Source: an uncultured Flavobacteriaceae bacterium
GTDB taxonomy: Bacteria; Bacteroidota; Bacteroidia; Flavobacteriales; Flavobacteriaceae
Assembly: GCA_965601625.1 (NCBI GenBank)
Contig: CBFCWO010000006.1
Location: forward strand, 2,101 to 66,100
Direction of reading: 5' to 3'
Length of the DNA: 64,000 nt
Part shown: piece after piece, positions 17,789 to 27,137 of the stretch
Layout: every line of letters begins with the position of its first letter
Numbering within the stretch: the first letter of the stretch is position 1
Program-made: the position numbers and the translations under genes
Notes under the pieces: model-generated
Database searches by the model: none
What the model was told of the DNA's origin: nothing
Seen by the model: only the letters and a program-made list of their open reading frames with translations

Positions 17789-19318
17789 ATGCTGGCAAAA
17801 GTATACGGCAGTGCGGTCTATGGGATCGACGCCACCCCCGTGACCATTGAGGTGAATATTGACAAAGGCATCGGGTACCATCTGGTGGGGTTACCCGATA
17901 ACGCCATCCGTGAAAGCAATTATCGTATTGCAGCGGCCCTTCTTAATACAGGGTATCATATCCCCGGGAAGAAGATTACCATCAACATGGCCCCGGCAGA
18001 TCTGAGGAAGGAAGGGGCAGCCTATGACCTGCCTTTGGCCCTGGGGATCCTGATCGCCTCCGGCCAGCTCGAGGTCTCCGGAATCGAAGCATATGTGGTC
18101 ATGGGGGAACTTTCGCTTGACGGCTCCCTTCAACCCGTCAAAGGAGTGCTGCCGATTGCCCTGAGTGCCAAGGATGCGGGTTTTAAGGGGATGATCCTGC
18201 CTGCGCAGAATGCAGCTGAAGCCTCCGTGGTTGATGGATTGACCGTGCTGGGTGCTGAAAGCCTTCCACAAGTAATCGAGCATGTGTCTGGGGTCAGGGA
18301 ACTGCCTGTCGTTCCCTGTCCAGAACTCGCTTCAATGGCTGTATTGCCCGATTCCGTACCGGACTTCAGCGAGGTCCGTGGGCAGGAAACCGTAAAACGC
18401 TGCATGGAGATCGCCGCGGCAGGGGGGCATAACATCATTCTTATTGGCCCGCCAGGGTCAGGAAAAACTATGCTGGCCAAGAGACTACCCGGCATTCTGC
18501 CTCCAATGACCCTGGAAGAAGCACTGGAAACAACCAAGATCCACAGCGTGGCGGGCGGGCAGATCGAAAAGGGCCTAGTCCGTAAACGTCCCTTTCGAAG
18601 CCCGCATCATACGATTTCTGATATTGCCTTGGTGGGAGGAGGTTCCTATCCCCAACCCGGGGAGATCTCCCTGGCACACAATGGCGTGCTTTTTCTGGAT
18701 GAGTTGCCTGAATTCAAGCGGCATGTCCTTGAGGTGATGCGCCAGCCCCTTGAGGAACGGCAGGTGACCATTTCCAGGGCACGTTTCACCATTACCTATC
18801 CGAGCAGCTTTATGCTTGTGGCAAGCATGAACCCAAGTCCCTCAGGCTATTTCCATGCCCAGCAGACCCCATTTCCCAATACCCCGGCTCAAGTGCAGCG
18901 GTATCTCAGCAGGATCTCTGGCCCGCTCCTTGACCGAATCGATATCCATATGGAGGTAAATCCCGTGCCTTTCGAGGAAATTTCTTCCACCCGGAAAGGG
19001 GAGCCCAGCAAAACGATACGGCAGCGGGTTGTAGCAGCCCGAACCTATCAGTCAGAAAGGTTCCGGCAAGAGGCTAATATTCATTGCAATGCACAAATGG
19101 GCAGCAGGCAAATCCGCCGGTATTGCAAACTTAAGGCAGGCCCTTTGAAACTGCTTGGAACGGCCATGGAACGACTTGAACTGTCTGCCCGGGCCTATGA
19201 CCGCATCCTGAAGCTGGCACGCACCATTGCAGACCTGGACGGACGTTCACAAATAGAAGAGACCCATCTCGCTGAGGCGATTCAATACCGGAGCCTGGAC
19301 CGGGAGGGGTGGATTTAG
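17789..19318 (+). CDS. comM: YifB/ComM family Mg-chelatase-like AAA+ ATPase
   Basis: 'VGLPD', 'NMAPADLRKEG..YDLP', Walker A 'GPPGSGKT', 'PFRSPHH', 'LFLDE' and 'LSARAYDRILK'. Confidence 0.93.
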   Translation: MLAKVYGSAVYGIDATPVTIEVNIDKGIGYHLVGLPDNAIRESNYRIAAALLNTGYHIPGKKITINMAPADLRKEGAAYDLPLALGILIASGQLEVSGIEAYVVMGELSLDGSLQPVKGVLPIALSAKDAGFKGMILPAQNAAEASVVDGLTVLGAESLPQVIEHVSGVRELPVVPCPELASMAVLPDSVPDFSEVRGQETVKRCMEIAAAGGHNIILIGPPGSGKTMLAKRLPGILPPMTLEEALETTKIHSVAGGQIEKGLVRKRPFRSPHHTISDIALVGGGSYPQPGEISLAHNGVLFLDELPEFKRHVLEVMRQPLEERQVTISRARFTITYPSSFMLVASMNPSPSGYFHAQQTPFPNTPAQVQRYLSRISGPLLDRIDIHMEVNPVPFEEISSTRKGEPSKTIRQRVVAARTYQSERFRQEANIHCNAQMGSRQIRRYCKLKAGPLKLLGTAMERLELSARAYDRILKLARTIADLDGRSQIEETHLAEAIQYRSLDREGWI

Positions 19319-19535
19319 TACCTACAGGGATTACTATTCATATCCGGTTTAGGGGGTTATTTCGAGGTGTCCAGGAAATGTCACCTTCAAAAATGTTTGG
19401 TGGATTTTCGTATTTTCACCTCCTTTATAGGTTGAAAATGCCTAAAAGACATAATAATTAACGCTTTATTGGGTTTAATTACCAAACATTTCCTTAAAAA
19501 CGATGTTCCGCAAGGAACATGTTGTAAGTTTCTAA

Positions 19536-20858
19536 ATGCACAGATTTAAGTTTTTCGCGGGTTTCACTGTCTTGCTTCTTTTCCTTTACGGGCTCACCGT
19601 AAGCGGCAATGACCCTATGCCTATAGCGGAAAATGCAATAAAGGATTTTTCCGGGATATCGAATGATCCAAAGAAATCACAACCCAATCCGGTTTTGCCC
19701 GAACGCCTGCAGCGGGAATTAAAACTGGCCCTCCAGGCCTATTTTCGAAAAGCCATTGCCTCAGGAGATGTGGTAGGTGCCGGGGTAAGCATTGTGAAGG
19801 GGGACCAAACCCTCCTGGCTGAAGGATTTGGCAAACGGGACGACCGCAGCGGGAAAGCAGTGGATGGGAATACGGTATTCAGGCTTGGTTCACTGTCCAA
19901 GGGGTTTACGGGTATACTGGCTGCCGATCTGAAGCATGAAGGCAAGATAAATTGGGAGGACCGGGTAAGCGATTGTATTCCGGAATTCCAGTTGGGCGAT
20001 CAGGACAACACCGGGAAGATCACCCTGGGACATCTCTTATCCCATACCTCAGGAGCTCCGTATCACAGCTATACCAATTTGGTGGAAGCCGGTTTGCCCC
20101 TGGGCGATATCGCGAAACGCTTTGAGGATGTGACCCCCATCAGCGATCCCGGATCCATGTACAGCTATCAGAACGCCCTGTTTGCCCTGTCAGGTGAAAT
20201 GATGGCGAAGGTAACTGGGCAGGAGCTTACAGAGGCCCTGGAACAACGGTTCTTCAACCCCCTGGAGATGTGCTCCACGACCATGGACTATGAAAAGCTC
20301 AAGGCCACGGAAAATGTGGCAAAGCCCCATGTCAGATACAGGAGGGGCTGGAGGTCCGGAAGGCTGACGGATTCCTATTTCAATGCGGTAGCAGCTGGAG
20401 GGATCAATTCCAATGCGGTGGATATGGGTAAATGGATGCAGCTATTGCTGGGGCACAAACCAGAAGTGATGGGCGGGCAGGCCATAAAAGAGGCCTTTAC
20501 ACCCGTCATAAAAATTCCCGGGCGGAGCAAGTACTACCAACGCTGGCCCGGTCACAAAGCTTCCTATTATGGCCTTGGCTGGAGGATCCATACCTATGAC
20601 TCCGGCGATGCATCAGGCCAGAAGACCATCTGGCACCACGGGGGCAGCGTCAACCACTTCAGGAATGAAATTGCGATCTTTCCCGAGGAAGATCTCGGCA
20701 TATGCGTGTTGCTGAACAACAATTCAAGGATTGCCAGAAGGGTCATCCCGGACCTATACCACATTGTGCAGGAAGTATACCGGGACCATACAGGCAGTAT
20801 TGCAGGAGGTTCAGAGGTTGATCCTACGTCCCTAGCTTCCGGATCAGCTGGTAGGTGA
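19536..20858 (+). CDS. Serine hydrolase, beta-lactamase/class C-like family, secreted
   Basis: SxxK 'SLSK', 'LLSHTSG', Y-x-N 'YSYQN' and 'WHHGG', with a hydrophobic N-terminus. Confidence 0.85.
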   Translation: MHRFKFFAGFTVLLLFLYGLTVSGNDPMPIAENAIKDFSGISNDPKKSQPNPVLPERLQRELKLALQAYFRKAIASGDVVGAGVSIVKGDQTLLAEGFGKRDDRSGKAVDGNTVFRLGSLSKGFTGILAADLKHEGKINWEDRVSDCIPEFQLGDQDNTGKITLGHLLSHTSGAPYHSYTNLVEAGLPLGDIAKRFEDVTPISDPGSMYSYQNALFALSGEMMAKVTGQELTEALEQRFFNPLEMCSTTMDYEKLKATENVAKPHVRYRRGWRSGRLTDSYFNAVAAGGINSNAVDMGKWMQLLLGHKPEVMGGQAIKEAFTPVIKIPGRSKYYQRWPGHKASYYGLGWRIHTYDSGDASGQKTIWHHGGSVNHFRNEIAIFPEEDLGICVLLNNNSRIARRVIPDLYHIVQEVYRDHTGSIAGGSEVDPTSLASGSAGR

Positions 20859-22254
20859 ATTCGATCATCTCCCGGTATTCTTCTTTGCCGATCTTCTCAT
20901 CAATGCCGTGAAACCGGGTCATGCTCTCCGAATTGATCCGAATAGGGTAGAAGCGGTACACGTCCTCTGAGATGTCATAAAAATATCGGGCATCCGTGCC
21001 ACCGCCCACCAGGCCAGGCACTACCACAGCATCCGGAAAAACGGAACGGATTGTTTTCTCCAGGGTTTTGAACCCTTCAGAATCGATTCCTGAAACAGGG
21101 GAGGGGTTGGTCAGGAAACCGACGGGCTCCACCCGTATTTTTTCCCCCACGATTTTCTGAATATGGGCCTGCACACTTTCAATGGTTTCCCCGGGGAGGA
21201 TCCTGAAGTTGATCGTGGCTTCCGCAACTGTAGGGATCACATTGTTCTTGACCCCGCCCTGAATGATCGTGGGGGCCGTTGTGGTATGGGCGTTTAAGGC
21301 CTGCAGGATGGGTTTTTTGAACAGCCAGGGGTTTGCAAAGGCCATCTTCTTAAAGAAAGGGAGTTCTGCACCCATATATTCAAATTGATAATCGATGGGT
21401 TTTACCAGCTTGTAGGGGAGCTGGTTGTTTTCAAGCTCCACGATTGCAGTAGCCAGCATGCCGATGGTGTTTTCCCGTGGTGGCTGTGAGCTATGCCCTC
21501 CCCGGGTTTCTACGATCAGGCGGAAGGAGGCAAATCCCTTTTCCGCCAGGTTTACCATGGCCACAGGAGCATCCATCCCAGGGATTATTCCCTCTGCAAT
21601 AAAACCGCCTTCATCCAGGGTCATGGCTGCCTCAACACCTTTTTTCTCAAGGTGTTCCGCAATCTTGGCCGCCCCGTTGCTTCCTCCGACCTCTTCGTCA
21701 TGCCCAAAGGCCAGATAAATGGTGCGCGATGGACGGAAGCCCTCTTCAAGCAGCATTTCCACACTCTCCATCAGGGCGATCAGGGAACCCTTGTCATCCA
21801 TGGTTCCCCTTCCAATAATGTGGGTGTCCGTGATGCGGCCTTCAAAAGGCCCGGCCTCCCAGTCTGCCAGGGTGGGCTGGTCCACCGGGACCACATCCTG
21901 GTGGGACATCAGGATAATCGGCTTTTGGGTGGGGTCGGTTCCCTGCCAGGTATACAAAAGGCTGTACTGGTTGATCTTCTCCAAACCGAGGGTGGCGTGC
22001 ACCCGTGGAAAGGTTTCCTCAAGAAACCTGTGGAAACCATTGAAGGCCGCAGAATCCGGGATGGCCTCCTCGCTGAAGGAGATGGTCTTATACTGGATGG
22101 CCCTGGAAAGGTTTCGGTAGACCTCAGTGCTGATGTCAACAGATTCGAGGGGTTCGGGTTCCACCTGCTTTGAGGTCAGGGAAAGGGTGTTAAAAAGGAG
22201 TACACCTGCCAGGACGATCAGGATCACCAGCAGGAACAGCAAAATGCGCTTCAT
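20824..22254 (-). CDS. M20 family metallo-hydrolase (carboxypeptidase S / PM20D1-like), N-terminal TM anchor
   Basis: 'SHQDVVPV', 'GRGTMDDKG', 'GHDEE', 'LDEGG', 'GGGTDAR' and 'FHGIDE' metal-ligand motifs. Confidence 0.88.
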   Translation of the reverse strand: MKRILLFLLVILIVLAGVLLFNTLSLTSKQVEPEPLESVDISTEVYRNLSRAIQYKTISFSEEAIPDSAAFNGFHRFLEETFPRVHATLGLEKINQYSLLYTWQGTDPTQKPIILMSHQDVVPVDQPTLADWEAGPFEGRITDTHIIGRGTMDDKGSLIALMESVEMLLEEGFRPSRTIYLAFGHDEEVGGSNGAAKIAEHLEKKGVEAAMTLDEGGFIAEGIIPGMDAPVAMVNLAEKGFASFRLIVETRGGHSSQPPRENTIGMLATAIVELENNQLPYKLVKPIDYQFEYMGAELPFFKKMAFANPWLFKKPILQALNAHTTTAPTIIQGGVKNNVIPTVAEATINFRILPGETIESVQAHIQKIVGEKIRVEPVGFLTNPSPVSGIDSEGFKTLEKTIRSVFPDAVVVPGLVGGGTDARYFYDISEDVYRFYPIRINSESMTRFHGIDEKIGKEEYREMIEFTYQLIRKLGT

Positions 22255-22311
22255 AAATAGGTTGGTTTAGTTATTTTGGACTAGTTACTGTGTTGGTCTT
22301 AAGGGTAAATG

Positions 22312-23424
22312 TTAAGCCAGGGCCTTCTTCAGGGCTTTTGAGAACGTCTGTACCTCCTCCATGGTACCCGTGCTGATCCGCGCCCAGTCCAGCATAGGAG
22401 GGAAGGGCCTGCCGATCTGTACCCCTTCGTCCTGCATTCGCGAAATAAGCGCTTTTACAGGCCACCCGCTTTGAAAAAACACAAAATTCGTATGGGACGG
22501 AATGTACTTCAGCTTCATCTCGTCCAGGGTGCTGTAGATCAACTCCTTACAGGCTTTATTCTGGGCAAGGCTAAACTTGTAGAACTCAGAATCCTTCAGC
22601 GCCTGTCTGGCGGCCAGGACCGCCAGGGTGTTGGTGTTGGCCATCAGAGAGTCCTTGAGTCGGCGGGCAATATCCGGACGGGCCACGAGATAGCCAATGC
22701 GCATTCCCGCCAACCCAAATACCTTTGAAAAGGTCTTGGAGACAATGACATTGTAGTTTTCCCGCACCAGCTCCACCATGGACGGGTAATCAGGTTCCGT
22801 TATATAATCGTAATAGGCTTCGTCACTGAAGACGACGCTTCTGCCGGCAATGGAAGCACAAAAATCCCGAAGGCGGTTCTGATCGAGGAGGGTCCCCGTG
22901 GGATTGTTGGGGTTACAGAGAAAGATAAGCCTGGTTTTGCCCGTAATCCTTCGCTCCATGGCATTGAGATCATGGGTTAGGGTTTCATCAAGGGGCACCC
23001 GGTGCACATAGGCCCCGAAGTACTCCGCATATCGGAGCAGTGCCTGGAAGGTAGGGTCCGCAGCTATGATTTCCCCTCCCTGCAGGCCATACACCAGCCC
23101 TGCAGCCTTTAGGCCTTCCGTAGAACCTCCTGTGACTACAATGCACTCCTCGGGAACCTCTTCTTTCCTGGCGATATCCCTGACCAGCTCCTTTATATAC
23201 TGAAAAGGGTAGCGGCAGCCCAGGTTGAAATTCTCCTGAATGGCCTTCTGTACAGAATCGGACGGGCCATAAGGATTTTCATTCGAGCTGAGCCTGACTG
23301 GCCCGGCCAATGTGGTGTTCTTAAATGAAGGTGCAGATGCGATTCCCTGCATGCCTCCCAGGAGGGTAAAGCCGCCCCCCAGGGCCATGGTCTTGAGCCA
23401 GTTTCTTCGGTCGGTAGTATTCAT
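22312..23424 (-). CDS. Class I/II PLP aminotransferase (HisC-like) with a twin-arginine signal peptide
   Basis: N-terminal 'DRRNWLK...IASA', 'LSSNENPYG', 'CNPNNPTG', 'DEAY' and PLP-Lys 'KTFSKVFGLAGMRIGY'. Confidence 0.88.
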   Translation of the reverse strand: MNTTDRRNWLKTMALGGGFTLLGGMQGIASAPSFKNTTLAGPVRLSSNENPYGPSDSVQKAIQENFNLGCRYPFQYIKELVRDIARKEEVPEECIVVTGGSTEGLKAAGLVYGLQGGEIIAADPTFQALLRYAEYFGAYVHRVPLDETLTHDLNAMERRITGKTRLIFLCNPNNPTGTLLDQNRLRDFCASIAGRSVVFSDEAYYDYITEPDYPSMVELVRENYNVIVSKTFSKVFGLAGMRIGYLVARPDIARRLKDSLMANTNTLAVLAARQALKDSEFYKFSLAQNKACKELIYSTLDEMKLKYIPSHTNFVFFQSGWPVKALISRMQDEGVQIGRPFPPMLDWARISTGTMEEVQTFSKALKKALA

Positions 23425-23509
23425 GGTTGGTGCCTTTTGAGGAAAAGGTACAAATTATCTACCAATCAAAGCCCGGGGAATTCTGAATTTGGAAAAAAGC
23501 AAGGAAGGT

Positions 23510-23803
23510 TTATCCGTAGATGGTATTGCTAACCAGAATGGCCAGCATGAGGATGACCATAGCCAGATTAACGGTAAGGGCTATGACCTTTTTTTCGGTC
23601 AGGGGCTCATCAATCCCCTTGATAATAAAATAGGTTCCGGCAAATCCCAGGACACCGGAGGCTACGATGGGCAGGCCAAAAAGCACTTTGGAGAGTATGG
23701 GCTGTATGTTCAGGCTGATCATGACAGCTGCAAGAGCAAGCAGCATAAGGATCCACATGCTCATTCGGTAAGACCTGTCCGTATACTGGAATTCGTGTTG
23801 CAT
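23510..23803 (-). CDS. Hypothetical 3-TM membrane protein
   Basis: 97 aa with three hydrophobic segments. It lies 12 nt downstream of 23816..24259 on the same strand. Confidence 0.7.
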   Translation of the reverse strand: MQHEFQYTDRSYRMSMWILMLLALAAVMISLNIQPILSKVLFGLPIVASGVLGFAGTYFIIKGIDEPLTEKKVIALTVNLAMVILMLAILVSNTIYG

Positions 23804-23815
23804 GGTGTTTGGCTT

Positions 23816-24259
23816 TTAGACCACCTTGATGTTCGCTTTCAGGCCGTCCATGATCCCCAGAATATTGTTGACGGTTTCTCCCAAATGATTCCGAATAAGG
23901 AAATGGGGTATTCGGATCGTGGTAAAACCATTCCTGAAGGAGTGCATCGTCTCCTCAAGATCATTCATGGCCTGTTGGTGCGAAAGGGATTCATACCCCT
24001 GGTCGATTTCTATATTGAGTTTTACACGGGAGATGGCCAGGTCGACGGTTTTCTTGCCGTCCCACCAGGCGAGCATGGGCTTGACCCCTGCCTGCTTCAG
24101 GCCGTAATATAGCATTCCGGCCTCTTCGGGCATCTGACCCTGACGTATTAAGCGATTAAGGCGTTTAAAGTGTATCGGACACAATTCCGCCTGATAGGAT
24201 TCCATGGACCTGCGATGGTCCAGGTAGCTGAGTTCTTTTTGGCACTCCAGACAGTTCAT
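23816..24259 (-). CDS. Hypothetical protein: CxxC...CxxH putative Zn site + degenerate DUF559/Vsr-like endonuclease fold
   Basis: 'CLEC...CPIH', followed by 'LYYGLK...DGKKTVDLAI...LNIEID...D...GFTTIRIP', which resembles the DUF559 pattern. Confidence 0.6.
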   Translation of the reverse strand: MNCLECQKELSYLDHRRSMESYQAELCPIHFKRLNRLIRQGQMPEEAGMLYYGLKQAGVKPMLAWWDGKKTVDLAISRVKLNIEIDQGYESLSHQQAMNDLEETMHSFRNGFTTIRIPHFLIRNHLGETVNNILGIMDGLKANIKVV

Positions 24260-24457
24260 TAAAATTTGTTTGAATGCGTTTGGTTATTAATAACCCGCTC
24301 TTTCTGGAAATATTATAGAGATTTCGATGTACGGCACAGTTGTGTATTCATTGGGGGTATTTTTTAGATGAAATGCAACCAGGTCCATCCTCAGTCGTCC
24401 TCAATCCGTACTGTTGCAGAATGTATATCTTTAAACCGGAATCACAGTCTGATCTCT

Positions 24458-25654
24458 ATGTTCAAACGCATCGGCCCGGGAATGTTGATCGCCGCCGCCT
24501 TTATCGGGCCGGGTACCGTAACTACCTGTATCCGTGCTGGGGTAGACTGGAAATTGGGCTTGCTCTGGGCGCTGCTCCTTTCTATAGTGGCAACCCTGGT
24601 ATTGCAGGAAATGTCGGGAAGGCTTGGGCTGACCACGTCAAAAGGAATCCCTGGCCTGATCCGGGACAGCACACATAACACCCTACTCAGATATAGCCTG
24701 CTCGGGATCATCCTCATTGCCATAGTAGTTGGAAATGCAGCCTATGAGGCCGGGAATATTTCGGGGGCTGTACTGGGGCTTCAGGCACTGACGGGAGGGA
24801 GCGGGCAGCACTATGGTGCGTTAGTTTCCGGCGCACTGGCTTTTGTGTTATTGTGGTTTGGCAGTTCCCGCGTGCTCGAAAAGATTTTCACCTCCCTGGT
24901 ATTGCTGATGAGTTTGTCCTTCCTGCTGACGGCCGTCCTTACGAAACCCGATCTCCTGGAGTTGGTAAAGGGGCTTTTTATCCCCGAGCTGAAGGGAGAA
25001 GAGTTGCTGACCGTGGTGGCACTGATTGGGACCACGGTCGTGCCCTACAATTTATTTCTCTATTCTTCCCTGGTCAATGAAAAATGGAAGACTATCGGTT
25101 CTATATCCCTGATGCGAACGGACATCCTGCTGTCTGTGCTTGTCGGTGGCCTGGTCTCGATGGCCATTGTGATCACAGCGGCGGGTAGCGGTGTAGAATC
25201 GGTGCAAGGGGTGATGGAACTTGCCAGAGGCCTGGAACCGGTATACGGCCGTATGGCGCGGTACGGGATTGGAGTAGGGCTTTTTGCCGCGGGAATTACT
25301 TCGGCCATTACAGCCCCACTTGCAGCTGCTTTTGTGGCCCGTCAGTGTTTTGGCTGGCCTGAGGATCGGAAAGACTGGAAGTTTCGTTTAATCTGGATGT
25401 TGGTCCTGGGAGTTGGCGTCGGCACCCTGAGCCTGGATGTCCGCCCCCTGCAAGTCATTTTCACTGCCCAGGTAGCCAACGGTATACTGCTTCCTGTGGT
25501 GGCTTTTTTCCTTTGGTGGGCCATCAATCAGACTTCGCTGATGAGAGGGTATGCAAACTCCCGACTGCAAAACCTGTGGACCTTCCTCGTCCTGGCGCTG
25601 GTCACTTTTTTGAGTATTTGGAGTATCTTTAGGATCCTGACCGACGCATATTGA
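24458..25654 (+). CDS. NRAMP-superfamily transporter, YcsG-like (probable 5-oxoproline importer)
   Basis: 'GPGMLIAAAFIGPGTVTT', 'QEMSGRLG', 'GTTVVPYNLFL', about 11 TM segments, and coupling to pxpA. The start is placed at MFKRIG (24458); the ORF is open from 24368. Confidence 0.8.
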   Translation: MFKRIGPGMLIAAAFIGPGTVTTCIRAGVDWKLGLLWALLLSIVATLVLQEMSGRLGLTTSKGIPGLIRDSTHNTLLRYSLLGIILIAIVVGNAAYEAGNISGAVLGLQALTGGSGQHYGALVSGALAFVLLWFGSSRVLEKIFTSLVLLMSLSFLLTAVLTKPDLLELVKGLFIPELKGEELLTVVALIGTTVVPYNLFLYSSLVNEKWKTIGSISLMRTDILLSVLVGGLVSMAIVITAAGSGVESVQGVMELARGLEPVYGRMARYGIGVGLFAAGITSAITAPLAAAFVARQCFGWPEDRKDWKFRLIWMLVLGVGVGTLSLDVRPLQVIFTAQVANGILLPVVAFFLWWAINQTSLMRGYANSRLQNLWTFLVLALVTFLSIWSIFRILTDAY

Positions 25655-26394
25655 AGACGCACTGGATAGACCTCAATTGTGATGTAGGGGAGGGGGTGGG
25701 CAATGAGCATCTGCTGTTTCCCCATATCTCCTCCTGCAACATTGCCTGTGGCGGCCATGCAGGTGATCCTTCTACCATGGCCCAAACCATCCATCTGGCT
25801 CAACTGGAAGGGGTAAAGATAGGAGCACATCCTTCGTATCCGGATCGGAAAAACTTCGGGAGGCTGTCGTTGGATATCCCTGCAGGAAAGCTTATGGACA
25901 GCATTTCAAGCCAGATCCTGTCCCTGAAAACGCTATTGGATGACATGAATTCGCCAATGCATCATATCAAGGCCCATGGGGCACTCTATAACGATCTTGC
26001 CAAAGGGGGGACCCTGGCCGAATACTATCTGGAAACCATTGCTCCCTACAGGGATTCCGCGTTGGTGTATGTCCCTTGTGGTTCGGTATTCGCCCGGATG
26101 GCACGGGCACTTGGATTCAAGGTCTGGGAAGAAGCGTTTATGGACCGGGCCTATGAACCGGATGGAAGCCTGGTCTCCAGGAAACTTCCCGGTTCCCTCC
26201 TGACCACGGCAGAAGAAGTAGGGGCTCAGCTACAGGAAATGGTCCTTCACCATCGCGTTAAATGCAGGGATGGCAGTTACTTTTCTTTGGAAGCCCAAAC
26301 CTATTGCCTCCATGGGGATACGCCCAACGCCTCCGAAATTTTGATGTATCTTACCGAATCCCTTCTTGGGGAGTTAATCCAAATTCGACAATGA
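25651..26394 (+). CDS. pxpA: 5-oxoprolinase subunit A (LamB/YcsF)
   Basis: 'IDLNCDVGE', 'NIACGGHAGD', 'GAHPSYPD', 'HIKAHGALYN' and 'CLHGD'. The TTG start overlaps the upstream stop. Confidence 0.93.
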   Translation: MKTHWIDLNCDVGEGVGNEHLLFPHISSCNIACGGHAGDPSTMAQTIHLAQLEGVKIGAHPSYPDRKNFGRLSLDIPAGKLMDSISSQILSLKTLLDDMNSPMHHIKAHGALYNDLAKGGTLAEYYLETIAPYRDSALVYVPCGSVFARMARALGFKVWEEAFMDRAYEPDGSLVSRKLPGSLLTTAEEVGAQLQEMVLHHRVKCRDGSYFSLEAQTYCLHGDTPNASEILMYLTESLLGELIQIRQ

Positions 26395-27137
26395 AGCATC
26401 CCCCCTTCGAGGTCAAACCCTACGGATCCCATGCCCTGCTTTTGGAATGGCCTGCCCGTGTGGATTCGGAAATTCTTGAGGATATTCTGAGGTTTGCTGC
26501 ATATCTGAGCACAAACCACCTTAAGGAAGAGGCCTGGGAACTGATCCCAATCTATCACACCCTTACCCTGATCCGACGGGATGGCGCATCCGACTTTGAC
26601 CACATAGTCCTGAACCTTTCCCAATGGTATTCGGCCTGTCCTGAAAAGGGCGGTAAACCCGGGCATGTCTGGGAATTGCCGGTTTGTTACGAAGGCCCTT
26701 ATGGGATAGATCTTCAGGAAACCGCCCAAAGGCTCAACATGGATTCGGACCAGCTTATTGATCAACACACCGCTCAGGAGTACAGGGTATATGGAATCGG
26801 CTTCCTCCCCGGGTTTCTTTATCTGGGAGGCGTACCGGAGTCCCTTCAATTGATACGCAGAGACGAACCCCGCTTACGGGTCCCAAAGGGGTCGGTGGGT
26901 TTGGCAGGGGCGCAAACGGGCATTTATCCCCAGACGTCCCCCGGGGGTTGGCATATCATTGGAAACTGCCCTGTTCCGCTGTTCAATGCGGACAAGGACC
27001 CTCCCTGTCTGGTAGAGCCGGGAGATTATATCCGGTTTAGGGCGGTCAGCCAGGCAGAATACGATCTTCACAAACTGGAGAGCGAAGTGGGGATATATAA
27101 ATATAAAAGAAGCAAGAGGCGTGCTGAAAATTCATAA
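26391..27137 (+). CDS. pxpB: 5-oxoprolinase subunit B
   Basis: 'PYGSHALL', 'LPVCY', 'GFLPGFLYL', 'GSVGLAGAQTGIYP..SPGGW'. ATGA overlap with pxpA places the start at 26391. Confidence 0.93.
   Translation: MKHPPFEVKPYGSHALLLEWPARVDSEILEDILRFAAYLSTNHLKEEAWELIPIYHTLTLIRRDGASDFDHIVLNLSQWYSACPEKGGKPGHVWELPVCYEGPYGIDLQETAQRLNMDSDQLIDQHTAQEYRVYGIGFLPGFLYLGGVPESLQLIRRDEPRLRVPKGSVGLAGAQTGIYPQTSPGGWHIIGNCPVPLFNADKDPPCLVEPGDYIRFRAVSQAEYDLHKLESEVGIYKYKRSKRRAENS

Noticed and set aside
19536-20858. Calling this an antibiotic-resistance beta-lactamase
   Set aside because: The SxxK/YxN/HGG motifs are shared by esterases and peptidases of the family; substrate cannot be inferred.
22312-23424. Calling this gene hisC
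   Set aside because: The Tat signal and absence of his-operon context argue against the biosynthetic cytoplasmic enzyme.
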